Source of the DNA: Eledone cirrhosa
Lineage: Eukaryota
Assembly: GCA_964016885.1 (NCBI GenBank)
Contig: OZ024740.1
Coordinates: 40,672,001 to 40,736,000 of the forward strand
Direction of reading: 5' to 3'
Length of the DNA stretch: 64,000 nucleotides
A model generated the notes under the pieces. It was not told where the DNA came from. It searched no databases and worked only from the letters and a program-made list of their open reading frames with translations. Of the stretch, positions 12,770 to 24,489 are shown piece by piece. Every line of letters begins with the position of its first letter. Position 1 is the first letter of the stretch. The position numbers and the translations under genes were made by a program.

Positions 12770-13120
12770 CAGTCATGTCAATAAAATGCACCTAGTACAC
12801 TCTGTAATGTGGATGATATTAGGAAGGGCATTCACCCATTGGAACCATGCCGTAACTGGACAATAGCTCTGATTAAGTATTGACACCTTAATCAACCAAT
12901 CTAATGCATGCAGGTATGAAAGAACTGAGCTTATCTTGATCACCATCTAACATCTATTTTTTGCACACTAGCATGGGTTAGATAAGCTGTCCAATTGTAG
13001 GGAAAGCCAGATCAGCTGACCATCTCTTGCTCATAGAGAACTGTTTCTGGTTTGGTTCCTATGGCTGGATACCGTTCCTAACACAAATCACATTTACAGT
13101 ATTTACTGGGCATTTTTTGA
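12770..13120. mobile_element. Two old degenerate RTE/SINE tails in opposite orientation
   Basis: TATTAGGAAGGGCATT (+, ~12816) and GGCTGGATACCGTTCCTAACAC (~13062, reverse form of the same tail motif) match the tail of the younger copies. Confidence 0.6.
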
Positions 13121-13558
13121 AATATTAAGTGTGCCTGAAGAAACTCATATACAAGGTAAAATTCTAAAACTTCCTGCCATCCATACACAACCAGCAAAAT
13201 AGTTTCAATATAGCTGAAATATTTGCATGATGCAATATGGTTTTCTGATTCAGTACACATTAATATGTGACAAATTACGAAGGAAGTAGCTTTTCCAGTA
13301 AAATCATTTCTAACAGATTTTATAACTGCTCCAATACCATTAACATTTTATATAAGAAAACTCAAATCTTGTGCAATTATATGCCTTCTAATTATATAGA
13401 AATTGTGAAAATAAAGGCTTTACTCCAATGTAAAAGTTTATAGATAAGTATATTCACTTTTTAGAACATTTAGAAATTACTGAAACACTAGTAACTTATA
13501 TGTATTCAACTCAATCCCAGTGTGGCATCTTGAGCGTCTCCTGCTATAGACTTCGATT

Positions 13559-14511
13559 GGCAGTGAGACCTGGGCATTGTGTGCAGAGGATATACGCAGA
13601 CTAGAGAGGAACGAAGCTTGCATGCTCCGCTGGATGTGCAATAGTAATATACGTGAACGGCAAAGCATAAACGAACTAAGGAAAAAATTAGAAATAAGAG
13701 GGATCAGATGTTGTTTACTCGAGAGAAGGCTGTGAACGGCAAAGCATAAACGAACTAAGGAAAAAATTAGAAATAAGAGGGATCAGATGTTGTTTACTCG
13801 AGAGAAGGCTACGTTGGTACGGTCACGTGATGCGCATGAAAGACGACAGCTGTATAACAAAGTGCAGGGCAATAAAGATAGACGGTAGCCACGGAGTAGG
13901 CAGACCCAGAAAAACATGGGACGAGCTGATAAATTCCGACCTCACACGCTTACACCTCTCCAAGACAATGTCACTGGACCGAGACTCAGTAATAGAGAAG
14001 ACCCGCCTTACCTAAATACAAAGTAAAAACCTACTACAGTCAGTAGGCATCTCTATCAAAACACCCCCCCGTCCCACCACCTCCACACCGCCCCTTTCAA
14101 TGTACAGTTATGTTGGTCCCACAACATCCAGGCCGAAACAAATGAGATCGTGTAGGTGTCACGACAAAAAAACACACAGTCCACGCTGTAAATGTGGCCG
14201 TGTAGGCAACACGGTAAAAACCTCCCAGCCCCACACTGTAAATGTGGTTGGTGTTAGGAAGGGCATCCAGCTGTAGAAAACCCGCCAGACAGTCCACGCT
14301 GTAATGTGGCCGTGTAGGCAACACGGTAAAAACCTCCCAGCCCCACACTGTAAATGTGGTTGGTGTTAGGAAGGGCATCCAACTGTAGAAAACCCGCCAG
14401 ACAGTCCTATGCGAGCAAGACAACCACTCTTGCCTCAAGTGGGAAAACCCCCGTCCAAACCCATGCAAGCGTGGAACACGGACGCTAAACCTGATGATGA
14501 TGATGATGATG
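13559..14511 (+). mobile_element. 5'-truncated RTE-clade LINE with two internal tandem duplications
   Basis: GSETWAL...MLRWMC...ERRLRWYGHVMRMKDD...GRPRKTWDELI. Exact 79-bp duplication 13653-13731/13732-13810. ~113-bp duplication in the 3' UTR (~14177-14402). (GAT)n tail. Confidence 0.92.
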
Positions 14512-16623
14512 ACAGTGAAACTGCGCAGGATGTAACTTATTGGGAAGAGGTAAGGAAGTAAGTGTCAAGAAGGGCTTCTATTCCTAGAATACTAAAAGGT
14601 ATGATCCAATGCATCAAATAGCTGTCACTAATAAATTTATCTTTTATTATGTATAGATTTTATTTAAATTTAGAGATTCCTCCAAAACAAATTTTTCCAG
14701 GGAAATATGCCCCACTAAAGATAAAGACATACAACATTGCACCTGATATTTTCAGTTGACAAGTATTGGAATTTATTATTAAAGTTGTATGCTACAAAAA
14801 TTACGTGTAATTATTTCAGATATTTGTGGCTGAAAGTAAAAAAGATATTTACAAGCTTGCTCTATATTAATTTCGGGGGTCGATAAAATGCATTAAAATG
14901 ACTCATTAAATAGGTATTTGCAGGGAACAAACTGATATCAGAAAAAAAAAAAAATTTAAATAAACTTCAATTAATGTTCAGTGTTAATTGGTAGGCACAG
15001 TAAAGCAACAGGAGGAAAGACTGGTGGGATAAGTCAGCCTGGAGTATGCAAATAGCTACTTTCAGGTAACCATTACTGAAATAAGAAATTATATAGTGAG
15101 AGATGGAGAGGACAAGAGACGGAGGTGATGAAAGTTGGACTTTGGTTCCTCTGTGTTCAGACCTGGTGTACATGTGTAATTTTACACTATTAAAATATTT
15201 TTTTCTCAAAAGAAAAAAAATATATATATATCTGAGCTAGTGGTTAATAATTAAATCTTTGTCAATCAGTAACACTTTCTTTTTGTATGTAGTTGAAGTG
15301 AGAATAATTTATCTACTTCAAAATTCATCCACATTTCACAAAACATCGAAAAATATGAACAAACAGTATACATTTCTAACTTTAAAATTGTTTCCAGTTG
15401 ATTTTCTGGCCAACTTTTTCAAATGATTTCCACCATTTCATCTTCAGACATCTCTTGATTTTCACATTGAAGGCCTGAAATAAAATTATTTACCACAAGT
15501 GGCACATTTTTTTAAACAAAAAAAAAGAAATTTGACTTATCACTTCTATATACAATTGGATCCAGAAAGTGACTTTTTTTTTTCAACTGAAAGCAAAAAT
15601 GTTTAGATACAATATTTGCTGCGCTTTGACTAACTTTTCATATGTATTACATTCTGGTCAGTTTCTGTAATCTTTCTTTGATGTACTATTGCTAGAGGTA
15701 TTTTCAACTTGAAACAGTTCCTTAGATCCTGATGGATCAAGTGTTAATCTTTGTTCAATTGTTGTAAATCACAGAAACTGAGTTGTAGCAGAAAATATCT
15801 AAAAGCAGGTATGTTGATTTTAATGTTTATTACCGTAAGACTAATATTTTCGTGAGTCAGTGATGTTTTGTACTTTTCAGGTATGTTTTACTAATGTGGT
15901 ATATGTCAATTGCCAGTTAAATTAAAATATTAGCCATGTTTGCAAATAGGACTGGCAACCAGGTCTATAATGTTCACCAACTCTTGTTGCTCACATACAT
16001 TTTCCAGTTCTATAAGTTCTTAGTTTAAATGCATTTGCTAGTCAAATAGTATCAAACATATAGTGATACATTTTCTTCAAGTTTTAACTAATGGTAGTTA
16101 TCTACTGCAATGTTCTATCACACTCTGAAAAAGGTTAAATATCCTTTTGGTCTGATATTTCATAGTAGAGGCATCATAAAATGCTCAGAATATTGTCAAA
16201 ATGCTGATTAAAATTGAAAAATAGAACAGCAGAATAGTAACCACAAGCTAATGTATTCATTTGATTTTGGATAGATATTAAATATTCAATAGAAATGAAG
16301 ATTTAACTGTGGCAACAATTATTTGAATTCAAAAGTATTTGCTCCAGCTTACAATAGCTATTTCACCTATCTTAAAAACCCTCCAACAAAAAATTCAGTG
16401 CCTGTGTGTGTACATGTGCAATATGCAATAAAAAATGTTTCAATGTTTTTTGCTTATAGCTGTCAACTATTGTTGATAATTATGTAACTCATAATTTACA
16501 ACAAGTTGCTTCTATCTGTAAAATTGTATCCACTGTCATTTTTCTTTTGCACTGAATTAATAAGGAACAATAGAATTGAATTATGATGCAAGACAATGCC
16601 AATTATAAAGGCAACAATCCTAC

Positions 16624-16647
16624 CTTTAAATTTTGGGAAGTGCGATC
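16624..16647 (-). other. Candidate 24-nt exon
   Basis: ggttttccag|GATCGCACTTCCCAAAATTTAAAG|gtagga. Confidence 0.3.
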
Positions 16648-17592
16648 CTGGAAAACCACTTTCTTAGCCAAAGAATCCAAACCTCAAATGCAATGAAACC
16701 ATATTATGCAAAACAATATATCGAACAAAAAATGTCGACAGTAGAAAATTAAAATGCAGTACCAATTAACTACTTTTATACTTTAAATTGGAAATTTCAG
16801 TTAATAAGTATTCTCATTAATAAAAATGGATTTCATTACTGGTCATAGTCATCAAATTTTATGTATATAAAGGGAATTTACAAATGTAACTTTCGCATCC
16901 ATATGGGGAAATGCAAACATTTTTTATTAGTATTTATAGCCTATTTAAGGTGTGTAAATTCCACATTGACAAGTAATTGCTTACATAATCTTCAAATGTA
17001 AAGAATTCTTTGAATATTAAGTGTCAAGAATTAATAAATCTAATATTCCTAAAGTTACTATTCAATATTTATTTGCTAATATGGACCAATGTGCCAATTC
17101 ATAATTTTGTGATAGTTGCTTTAGTTCTATATCACATTTGTAAGTTTTCTAACATATCCTTTGCAGTCTATGTGGTAGAGACATTTATGTTAAGCTAAAT
17201 ACTGAAATCAATTATTCTCACATCTTAGACACTTGTAATTGTCTAAAATCTTTTCTTGGTGTTTGGAAATAAGAATACTAAACTCAGTATTTGATGCCTT
17301 GAGTTTCACTACAGGTTTCCAAGACATTTACATGAAGTTGGAATAGGACCATGTAAACAAGTAGAAAGTTGCATGTGAAAAAAATGTGTAACCCAGATAA
17401 TTGTAAAAACTTTTTTCTCATAAAGAAAACTCCACACAATATCCTGTTCAGGTATTTACTCATACATTGTAGTTATATGTAATAAACTTGATGCTTTCTA
17501 AAAGTGCAGAATCTAAGTTTTAATGACAATTCTAAATAGGATTATTTCATGAGTTTCAGCAGAGAGGAAGCAAGTTCAATTCCAGTTTTTAC

Positions 17593-17704
17593 CTTATGTA
17601 AACTTTTTCTGTCACTTGATGGTATGTGTAGATCACTGTCAAGAGCTTAACTTGCTCTTTAGGGTTGCTCCTTCAAAGACATTTTTGAAACAATTACAAG
17701 AAAA
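17593..17704 (-). other. Candidate 112-nt non-coding exon
   Basis: cattttctttcag|...AAG|gtaaaa; stop codons in all three frames. Confidence 0.4.
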
Positions 17705-17824
17705 CTGAAAGAAAATGTTATGTAGATGTTTTTTTTCCCCATGAATATCATTTTGTGTTAAGTGCAATCTCCTTGTCATTCATATTCTTGAGACATCCTG
17801 GCATTTCTTTATAAACAATCAACA

Positions 17825-18115
17825 TAGGTACCAGCACGGCCGTGTTGTCAACAACTACATAACTGGATCATGGTTCAATTTTATTTCAATTGAAACCTTT
17901 AGTAGCTGTTAACAACTATACAACTAGATCCTGGTTCAATCTTATTTCAATTGAAACCTTGAGTGAAATTTGCTAGATAAACCGGCTGTATTGGTGTGGT
18001 CTTAAAATCAATGACATTATTTCAATACCGTTCCCAATAAGCAAAACATTTGAGCTAATATCATTGAAGGTAGTGTCCCAGCATCACTGCAGTCTAATCA
18101 TGCAAACCAGTTAAT
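17825..18115 (+). mobile_element. Degenerate SINE-like remnant with an internal ~50-bp duplication
   Basis: ACAACTA...TGGTTCAAT...TCAATTGAAACCTT occurs twice (17851-17899, 17912-17960). The tail AAGGTAGTGTCCCAGCATCACTGCAGTC resembles an invertebrate SINE 3' end (recognition from memory). Confidence 0.4.
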
Positions 18116-18266
18116 CAAGCAATCCATAGTAAAACACATTTGTCAAACAATATCCAGCTAATTATCCAAATGTAGTTAACTATCTACATTAGTAGCCGGT
18201 TATTTATTACACTCAATGATAGTTTATTCTAGGTGTGACAAGTCAAACACCAACAATCATACTTAC

Positions 18267-18327
18267 CACCACTGGCCAATGATCAGCACATTTTTCCAAG
18301 GAGGGTCAATATTCAGAAGACTTCTGC
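18267..18327 (-). other. Candidate 61-nt exon
   Basis: ttccttactcaatacctcttcag|GCAG...GTGGTG|gtaagtat; consensus donor. One open frame (RSLLNIDPPWKNVLIIGQW), no recognisable domain. Confidence 0.55.
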
Positions 18328-21300
18328 CTGAAGAGGTATTGAGTAAGGAATCAATTATCCCACCCACATCTTTCCCAAACAATTTCAGATAAATTATGAG
18401 AATCCACTTTAGCAATATATGTAACATACCCATATGTATACATATATATATATATATATATATACAGTATTATTATGTACAGGAATCTAACATCAATCTA
18501 AACAAACCCTGTATCTCAAGGTGTCCAGTATGATGATGTGTTGTGGAGGAAAGAATTAAAAAATTTAAAGCAGGTTCAAATTCTGTGGTTTTCATTTCAT
18601 GGGACCCCAAGAAAGTAAATGTTTACTTTGTCAAAACAATATCCTAAGTAAAATGTGTTATTACACACAAATTAAGTCCATCATTAGCTTCCTATCCACA
18701 TCACAACCAGGGCAGATGACTGATATGACAAGTATAATTTTAGAAAATTGAAAATTATATTTGCTGTAAAATCACAATCATGTTGATCATGAATATAATT
18801 GTAAAGTATTTATTGAATCTAACTGAAATAGATAGAATAAAAATGTTCCCATTATTTTCACCAGCTCCAAATGTTTACCTTTAAGATTCATACTTTTCTA
18901 AATTATGGCCTTCATTGCATTCAACTGTCCTGTTGGTAATGTTCAAGCTCACTAAAGATATGCTAGTGATACATTTTAGCAATTATTTAAAAGATATTAA
19001 ATCTAATAAATGAATTTTTTGCTCAGGAAAACACATTTTTGATAAAGCAAACACTTTCATCAGGCTCCAGAAAGGGTAACAAAATAAATTTGAATATTTA
19101 ACTATAACGTAGAAAGAGAAATATTCGCAAACACTATTTCACTGCTTGTCTGTTTCTATAGAGGTGATATTGAAGGAGAGACTGATTAAAAATCTAATTA
19201 GTATATGAAAATGTTTCTAAATGAATTTTTCAAACAAAATATATTTCAGAAAATTAAAATTGCAGTAATCATCAAAGAATGAATGTATATTTCCAAGGAG
19301 ATAATCATTTTTCTTTGATATTTCATAAAGAAAAAAATGAATTTTGTATTCAGTAATTTATTAGCTTTCAGTCAGAGGGCCACACTAATTGTCTGTTTTA
19401 TTTTATATTCTGAAAAAATAATTATCGTTACCCTTCATTTGCCTAAATGACAATAACAGCAGTATGTTATATTCTAAGATCACCTCTTGCTTTGGTTCTT
19501 TATTTTCCTTTAACCTACAATACTATTGACGGTTTCGGAATATGTACTCTTCCCACCCTAACTTTTATGATTTTTAAAAAAACATCTTCACACCAAATAC
19601 GTGCATGTCTTCAATACTGAAACAATTAGTATAGTACATTTTCACATCTCGTGTGTACTATCACACCCACTATATATTTATGCAATATATACACCAACTT
19701 AATAAAAACAATAAGGTGGAATAGGGTTTATAGGCCAGTATCACCACCGTTTAACATCTATTTTTCCATGTTTACATACATGTTAGACGAGTTGTCACAT
19801 TAGGAGACAATTCATGTGGACTAGGTGTTTCTTTTTTTATCGTGGCACTAAAACGACTGATGGGTGCTTTTTCGTCAGAGAAAAATTCCACAGGTATTTC
19901 ACTGACATATTTACACACATCTATTAGATATTACATATTACCATATATATCACAATCATTACTTTTATAAACTGTTTAAAAGGTGGTCGCATGTCAAACT
20001 AAATTATACCAACTGAAATTCGATCGCATTAATACAAACGTAAAAGAATGTGAAAAGGATGTGAATTTTTCGGAAAAATTGTTAGGAAGGAGTTTATTTT
20101 TAAAGTTCGCAAAATAAATAAAAATGAAAAAGGTGGAATATGCGAAAACATTTTTTCCGATTATGAACGAAGCAAGAATTTAGAAATGAAAAGTTAGTGA
20201 TTTCGAAATTTCAACAAATTTAACAAAATTGAATATTACTACAATATAGTGAATATATTGATGAAAACAAACAACTGATACAATGGTCACTATCGATTAG
20301 TACAAAACAGTAAACAAGCAGTGAAATTTCGTGTAAACAAGGAAGCGTTTACAACACAAATAGGGAAGAGTAATTTCCTACAGTGACCCCTACAAAACCT
20401 CCAGATTATAATCCAGTCAGGAGACCAGTCGCAGAACATGCATTGTTATTGTCTAGTGACCCCACTCAACCTTTAGATTAGGTGGGATTACTACTGTAAA
20501 ACACAGACGGTCAGATTTATTTTACTACAACTAGTAATGGTAAATACTTTAAAATTGCTTCCAACAGTTACAGAATCCAATTTCTTTCTAAATCAAACGC
20601 CGATTACATTAAATTCAGGGAACTTACAGCTACAGTACAATAAAAATTACAATTAGTTGAAACTAATGCTCAAATATATTAAAATACTGCAAGTGTAAGA
20701 AGGTAAATCCTCCTAATTTTAACTAAGAATGAAATCATTAAATAACATTTTTAATTTCATGTTCTAAATAATCTTTAAACTTAACTATGCAGACTCAGTA
20801 GGTTAGAAAACAGGTGAAAAAGGAAATTCAATACTTATGGAAAATTAACTTATCGCAATGTGGTATATATACACTTCAAGTTTAATTTTAACAGCATTAA
20901 ATGTTTTAAATCTCTCAAAATGAGTCAAGCAATAGTATTTATTAGTAAAATAAATGTGACAGACAGTGATACAGTAGTGATTGATGACCTTGGCTTCGCA
21001 ATTAAGGTCAAACCAAAAGGAAATGGAGGCCCAATAAAATTAAAAAACCTTTTAGGATTATAATTACTACACATTTTACAAAAAAAAAACTATTTTTCGG
21101 GGTTCAGAAACATTAAAATGTCTTATAGTTACCTCCATATCGGACTTTTAAGAGGATCCTTTAGAACAAGGCTTCTTATTACAAAGCGATAGCCACTTGA
21201 TAATAGCTACTAGCTGAAACAATGTTTATACAAAAGGTTTACACCAATTAATACGGTTGAAAATTAAAATGAAATGGTTTATTAAATTTAAAATTCATTG

Positions 21301-22482
21301 ATTTCCCAGCTGTTTTCTTCTTTTATAGAAGAATGATAAAACAATCAGTAAGTTAGCAAAATGTGGTACATTGTTATGTACTACACAACCGAATATCGAC
21401 AAAAGTACAAATTGATTGTAACTGGGATAAATAGAAGATACCAGCACATTGACTATAGCTAGAACAAACATACCAGCAAGAAAGGCTTCATACAAGCTTA
21501 AGAAACCAGTATGAAATATTTTGACTGGAATAGCGATACCAGCACAAAATGGTTTTAGCTGGAATAAATAGCGATAGAAACCAGCATCAAATTATTCTAG
21601 CTGGGATAAAATCAAGTTAGTGATAATCAACAGCAGAAACAAATTTACAAACGGAGATATGTGATAACTTAATTTCTCAAAAGGCAATGAAAAGCCAACC
21701 TTTAAATCCAGTAAGATATCTGTATTTTTAATGCAGGAATCTGGGTCAGGCAGAATGGTGTCTATATATTAGGAATTTAGTCCAGTCATTAACTGAAAAG
21801 AAACGTTATTGAGTGCGGCAAAAAAAATCATGCTTGGCAGTCCTTTAATTTGCTAATTCTAAAACGTTGAAAAAATATTGCTTTTTTTTTTTTTTGTTAC
21901 CAGGTAAATGAATAAATTATTCATTGTGAATTTAAATTTAACGTTTATCTGAGAAAATATAAAATTTACTTTTTTTTTTTTAATAATGAGGCAATGAAAA
22001 GCCAACCTTAGCGTCCGTTTTTGTTTTTAAAACATTCCCTATGATGACAGACGGCAAACTGGCGACATGTTAGTTAATTTCTATCTCAGCTGGTCAACTG
22101 TGAAAAGAAAATTTAACAGGGAGGCACCAACAGGAAAAAAGTGGGTTGTTGATTTCTTTAAGAACTTAAAGAATAAAGAAAATTACAAATTTTATTTTTT
22201 ACTTATGTGTGAATTTTTTTAACACTAAATAATAAGTGGTTCATACTATTTGACTTGGCTTACCCAGAATAAAGAAACCCCAAAATAGTTGAGTCAGTTG
22301 AAGAGAGCATTATCAAATTTTCTTCAGTTTTCAACATGGCGTAGAATACATCAGCATTATCCACTAAATAAGAAATAAAAACTGCGAAGAGGTGATTAAC
22401 GCTTAAAAACAATCAAAACAAACTTAAATTTTAAGAAAACGTTTTATTGTAATTATGAAATCAGAATACATCTTTGTCTTAC

Positions 22483-22600
22483 CAGACAGTAAAAATATCA
22501 AACCGAAATTACAACAAGAATTCAGATAAAGTGTTCCTTTGGTGGTAGGTATCTTCCAACTGATGGTTACTAATGCATCAATATTACTACGAGACTACTC
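22483..22600 (-). other. Candidate first exon of the minus-strand transcript (5' end uncertain)
   Basis: Donor CTG|gtaaga at 22483/22482; lies just downstream (minus sense) of the promoter-like motif cluster. Confidence 0.4.
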
Positions 22601-22760
22601 ACTGAGATCATACGCAGAATATAGTTCTTAATAACAAACAGTTTTATTTCATGTTAGTATAGAAAATAATTTTAAAACATAAAAGTGTTTTTTAATCTTT
22701 GAAGCCAATCAATGTGTGTATATATATATATATATATATTACAATTATAAAATACCAATT

Positions 22761-22901
22761 GCGGAAGGTTATATTTAAAGTGGAGATGTAAGGTCGAGTG
22801 AAATGCGCATATCTGAAATAGTCACACTGCACCCAACAACTATTTCCTTATAAGGACATTCTGAATTCTTTCCAAAGGTCATCGTTTTTATTGTGACGTC
22901 A
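22761..22901. promoter_or_regulatory. Promoter-like cluster: ETS-like GCGGAAG, ATGCGCAT, perfect CArG box, perfect CRE
   Basis: GCGGAAG 22761-22767; ATGCGCAT 22803-22810; CCTTATAAGG 22846-22855; TGACGTCA 22894-22901. Confidence 0.5.
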
Positions 22902-24116
22902 TTAATAATCTTTCCAAACCAGGCAGTCCGGTTTCGACCCTTGTCGTAGCTTATTTTATTTCACTTATATAATTAAATATTTTAAATTTCCGCTGCTAAT
23001 TTATTTCTCGCTATTTTTATGATAAAATTTACAGTTTTGAATATTTTCTTCTTTTATAACAGCTATTTTTTGTTCGTGTTGAAGACTCAACTCCCTATTT
23101 CCTATGTAGTGCAATTTCTATAAGCGAAAAACTATAAAATACATTTTTTATATTCTGTTGTCGATTAAATGTGTTTTATTTTCTAGTATGTGGCCTTATG
23201 CCTAAATCAGAAACCATTATTTTCTAGTATATGAAAGTGTATATTAGATATACATTTTTGTATATTATGTAAAATAACAGTAATTTAAGTCGTTATTCCC
23301 TTTACCTCATAATTTTTTAATACAATATAATTTAATTATTATAGCGACTACACATAGAAACATATTCTATGTACTATATTGACGAGTTGTAGTGCACCTG
23401 AGCACTTTACACAATAATTTCATTATTATTATTATAAATTGCGAGTATAAAATACACCAGTTTTTTGTTTATCAAAATATACTGACGCCATTTGCCCCTC
23501 CCGATAAATTCTTCTTACGTAACAACTAATAAAAGCTATTTGTTACCACTATTGTTTCAAAATATACCAAACTATTTTTTTTATTAACATCTATAATTTT
23601 CAGTTTTATATTTTTCTACATACATAGGATACATTAGCTGGTAATCCTCAGACGACTTTAAAATATATATATATATATATACAGCGAGTGTGTGTGTCTT
23701 GAACTAACTGTTGAAACGCAAGAACTCAACCGTCGGTCCCCGACTCTTTCTTATATATATATATAGTAATAATAATAAATGTGAAGACTAAAATCCGAAG
23801 CAGCGATTCTTTGCTTAAATTTTAATCTGTTATTTTAATAAATGAATATATATACACACACACACACACACATCGTTTTTGTATTTCTTTTGCAAGATTT
23901 CTTATCTGAAAACGTGTGTTGAAACAGATATTGTTATACACCTGGTGTTCTGGTCAGCGATCAAATAGGGTGTAGGGTATGGAGATTGAAGGAGTGTATG
24001 CTGAGTGTGGAAGGTGCCAGGGAGAATGATGTGGATGGTGATAGTGGAGTGGATGGCAACTGAGTTTGTGTTGGAGTAGGTGTACATACTGTTTGTGGTG
24101 GTGATGATGCGTGCAC

Positions 24117-24117
<1 letters not shown>

Positions 24118-24166
<49 letters not shown>

Positions 24167-24181
24167 TTATACATCTATACG

Positions 24182-24214
<33 letters not shown>

Positions 24215-24260
24215 AGGTATGTGTGGTGGGATGAGTTAGCAATGTTAACGTGTGTCGTCA

Positions 24261-24292
<32 letters not shown>
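24118..24292. repeat. Cluster of three (TA)n microsatellites
   Basis: (TA)n runs at ~24118-24162, 24183-24210 and 24264-24292. Others at ~18443, 22718, 23663 and 26944. Confidence 0.97.
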
Positions 24293-24296
<4 letters not shown>

Positions 24297-24485
24297 GGGT
24301 AAAATATTGACGTAATTCAATTCGAGAACTCAACGTGCTTTTTCCACGTAGGAGTGACGGAGTGTTTTTAGAATAAGGAAATACAAAGTTTAGATGATAA
24401 AGTCCTTTATTGATAAGGCCATGATACATATTTCGATGACGGAAGGACTAGCGTCCAAAACGTTAAGACCCTCTTCCAGCTATTT
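24297..24485 (+). mobile_element. Probable Penelope-like element terminal fragment with a degenerate minimal hammerhead motif
   Basis: ATGACGGA-A-GGAC tagc GTCC-AAAACGTT resembles CTGANGA-stem II-GAAAC with a palindromic stem III; flanked by (TA)n. Confidence 0.4.
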
Positions 24486-24489
24486 CAAG

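Noticed and set aside
23611-23660. Minus-strand hammerhead (CTGAGGA...GAAA)
   Set aside because: Stem II cannot close next to the core.
23902-24429. IY-repeat ORFs
   Set aside because: Translations of (TA)n microsatellites.
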